A stretch of 47,770 bases of DNA from assembly GCA_964460495.1 (NCBI GenBank), contig CAYWRF010000001.1:1775-49544 (forward strand), in the 5' to 3' direction. This DNA is from an uncultured Pseudomonadota bacterium. Its GTDB lineage: Bacteria > UBA10199 > JACPAL01. Below are positions 47,313 through 47,770 of the stretch, one piece after another. Position 1 is the first letter of the stretch. Each line of letters opens with the position of its first letter. A program made the position numbers and the translations under genes. Below the pieces are notes generated by a model. It saw only the letters and a list, made by a program, of their open reading frames with translations, did not search any database and had not been told where the DNA came from.

Positions 47313-47358
47313 ATATTTGAAAAAGAGTCGATATCGAGGTATTATTCTTCCGGTGGCT

Positions 47359-47574
47359 ATGAAAAAATCACCCAATGAAAAAAAAGAATGGTTGGTGGAT
47401 TTTAAGGCTGCGACGCGGAGACGCCTTAAAGATCGGCTCGACTATTCCTTCATCCGTACCTTCAAGCCGGTTTTGGATGAAGCCAAGTTTCGCTCTTTTG
47501 ACTCCATGAAGGATTATCGCCAATGGTGCGAACAGCACCTCCCCAGATGGCTCGGATATGGCCGAACCCTTTAG
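47359..47574 (+). CDS. small hypothetical protein (possible partner of the downstream NTase-like ORF)
   Basis: Trimmed to ATG 47359 (MKKSPNEKKEWLVDF...). Lower GC. It overlaps the next ORF by 17 nt. No motif recognised. Confidence 0.4.
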   Translation: MKKSPNEKKEWLVDFKAATRRRLKDRLDYSFIRTFKPVLDEAKFRSFDSMKDYRQWCEQHLPRWLGYGRTL

Positions 47575-47770
47575 TTTTCGCCAGGCGGAACGGCTTCGTA
47601 AGGTCCTTGCCAGACACAAGGTTCAGTACCTTTTTATTGGGAAATCAGGCGCTATTATTTTGGGATACCCGGATACGACTCAAGATACCGATATCTTCGT
47701 CCAGAAAACGCGAGAAAACTGTGTGGCTCTCACCAAGGCTCTCAAGGCTCTGGGATTCCAGCTCACCAAG
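47558..47770 (+). CDS. nucleotidyltransferase-like protein, 5' fragment (runs off the window)
   Basis: Hand translation from ATG 47558 gives MAEPFSFRQAERLRKVLARHKVQYLFIGKSGAIILGYPDTTQDTDIFVQKTRENCVALTKALKALGFQLTK, open to the window end. 'GKSGAIILGYPDTTQDTDIF' resembles the G-x-x-A...T-x-D-x-D pattern of minimal NTase folds. Confidence 0.4.
   Translation, partial: MAEPFSFRQAERLRKVLARHKVQYLFIGKSGAIILGYPDTTQDTDIFVQKTRENCVALTKALKALGFQLTK

Overview
This is a 47.8-kb, high-GC bacterial chromosomal segment, and most of it is core housekeeping. The plus strand carries rpsB-tsf-pyrH-frr-uppS-cdsA-dxr-rseP-tsaB, then a DUF465 gene with ilvB-ilvN-psd-pssA-leuA, then leuB-asd. The minus strand carries pyrG, rpoN-hpf-ptsN-hprK-EIIA(Man)-HPr and metK-ahcY. 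The right end (plus strand) holds an RNase R-like gene, a 6S RNA, 5-formyl-THF cyclo-ligase, rny and ymdB.

Several accessory patches interrupt this core:
- (a) A low-GC HEPN/MNT toxin-antitoxin pair at the left edge. The HEPN ORF is open to nt 1 and is missing from the ORF track.
- (b) Two convergent orphan genes, a 200-nt AT-rich spacer and a Cys-rich zinc-ribbon gene, all wedged between leuA and leuB.
- (c) A cell-surface trio. It comprises an 838-aa beta-propeller/FN3 protein whose C-terminal sorting-signal-like segment runs in frame into a second signal peptide and a beta-barrel domain. Next comes a leaderless 586-aa RTX/thrombospondin-type-3 Ca-binding protein behind a consensus-matching sigma54 -24/-12 promoter. 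A secreted TPR-like protein completes it.
- (d) A decayed sigma54 enhancer-binding-protein gene next to a perfect 16-bp inverted repeat.
- (e) A stress/metal cluster next to tRNA-Leu(CAG): a Cys-rich small ORF, cusCBA, a CxxC redoxin, vapBC and a UPF0718 permease. A truncated tRNA-like 5' half lies beside the tRNA.
- (f) A low-GC nucleotidyltransferase-like gene pair at the right edge.

I saw no CRISPR array, rRNA, transposase or integrase. Most long antisense ORFs in the track are GC-driven shadow frames. The best candidate for something new is the sigma54-driven surface module at about 18.0-23.2 kb. All functional calls rest on motif recognition by eye, with no database search.
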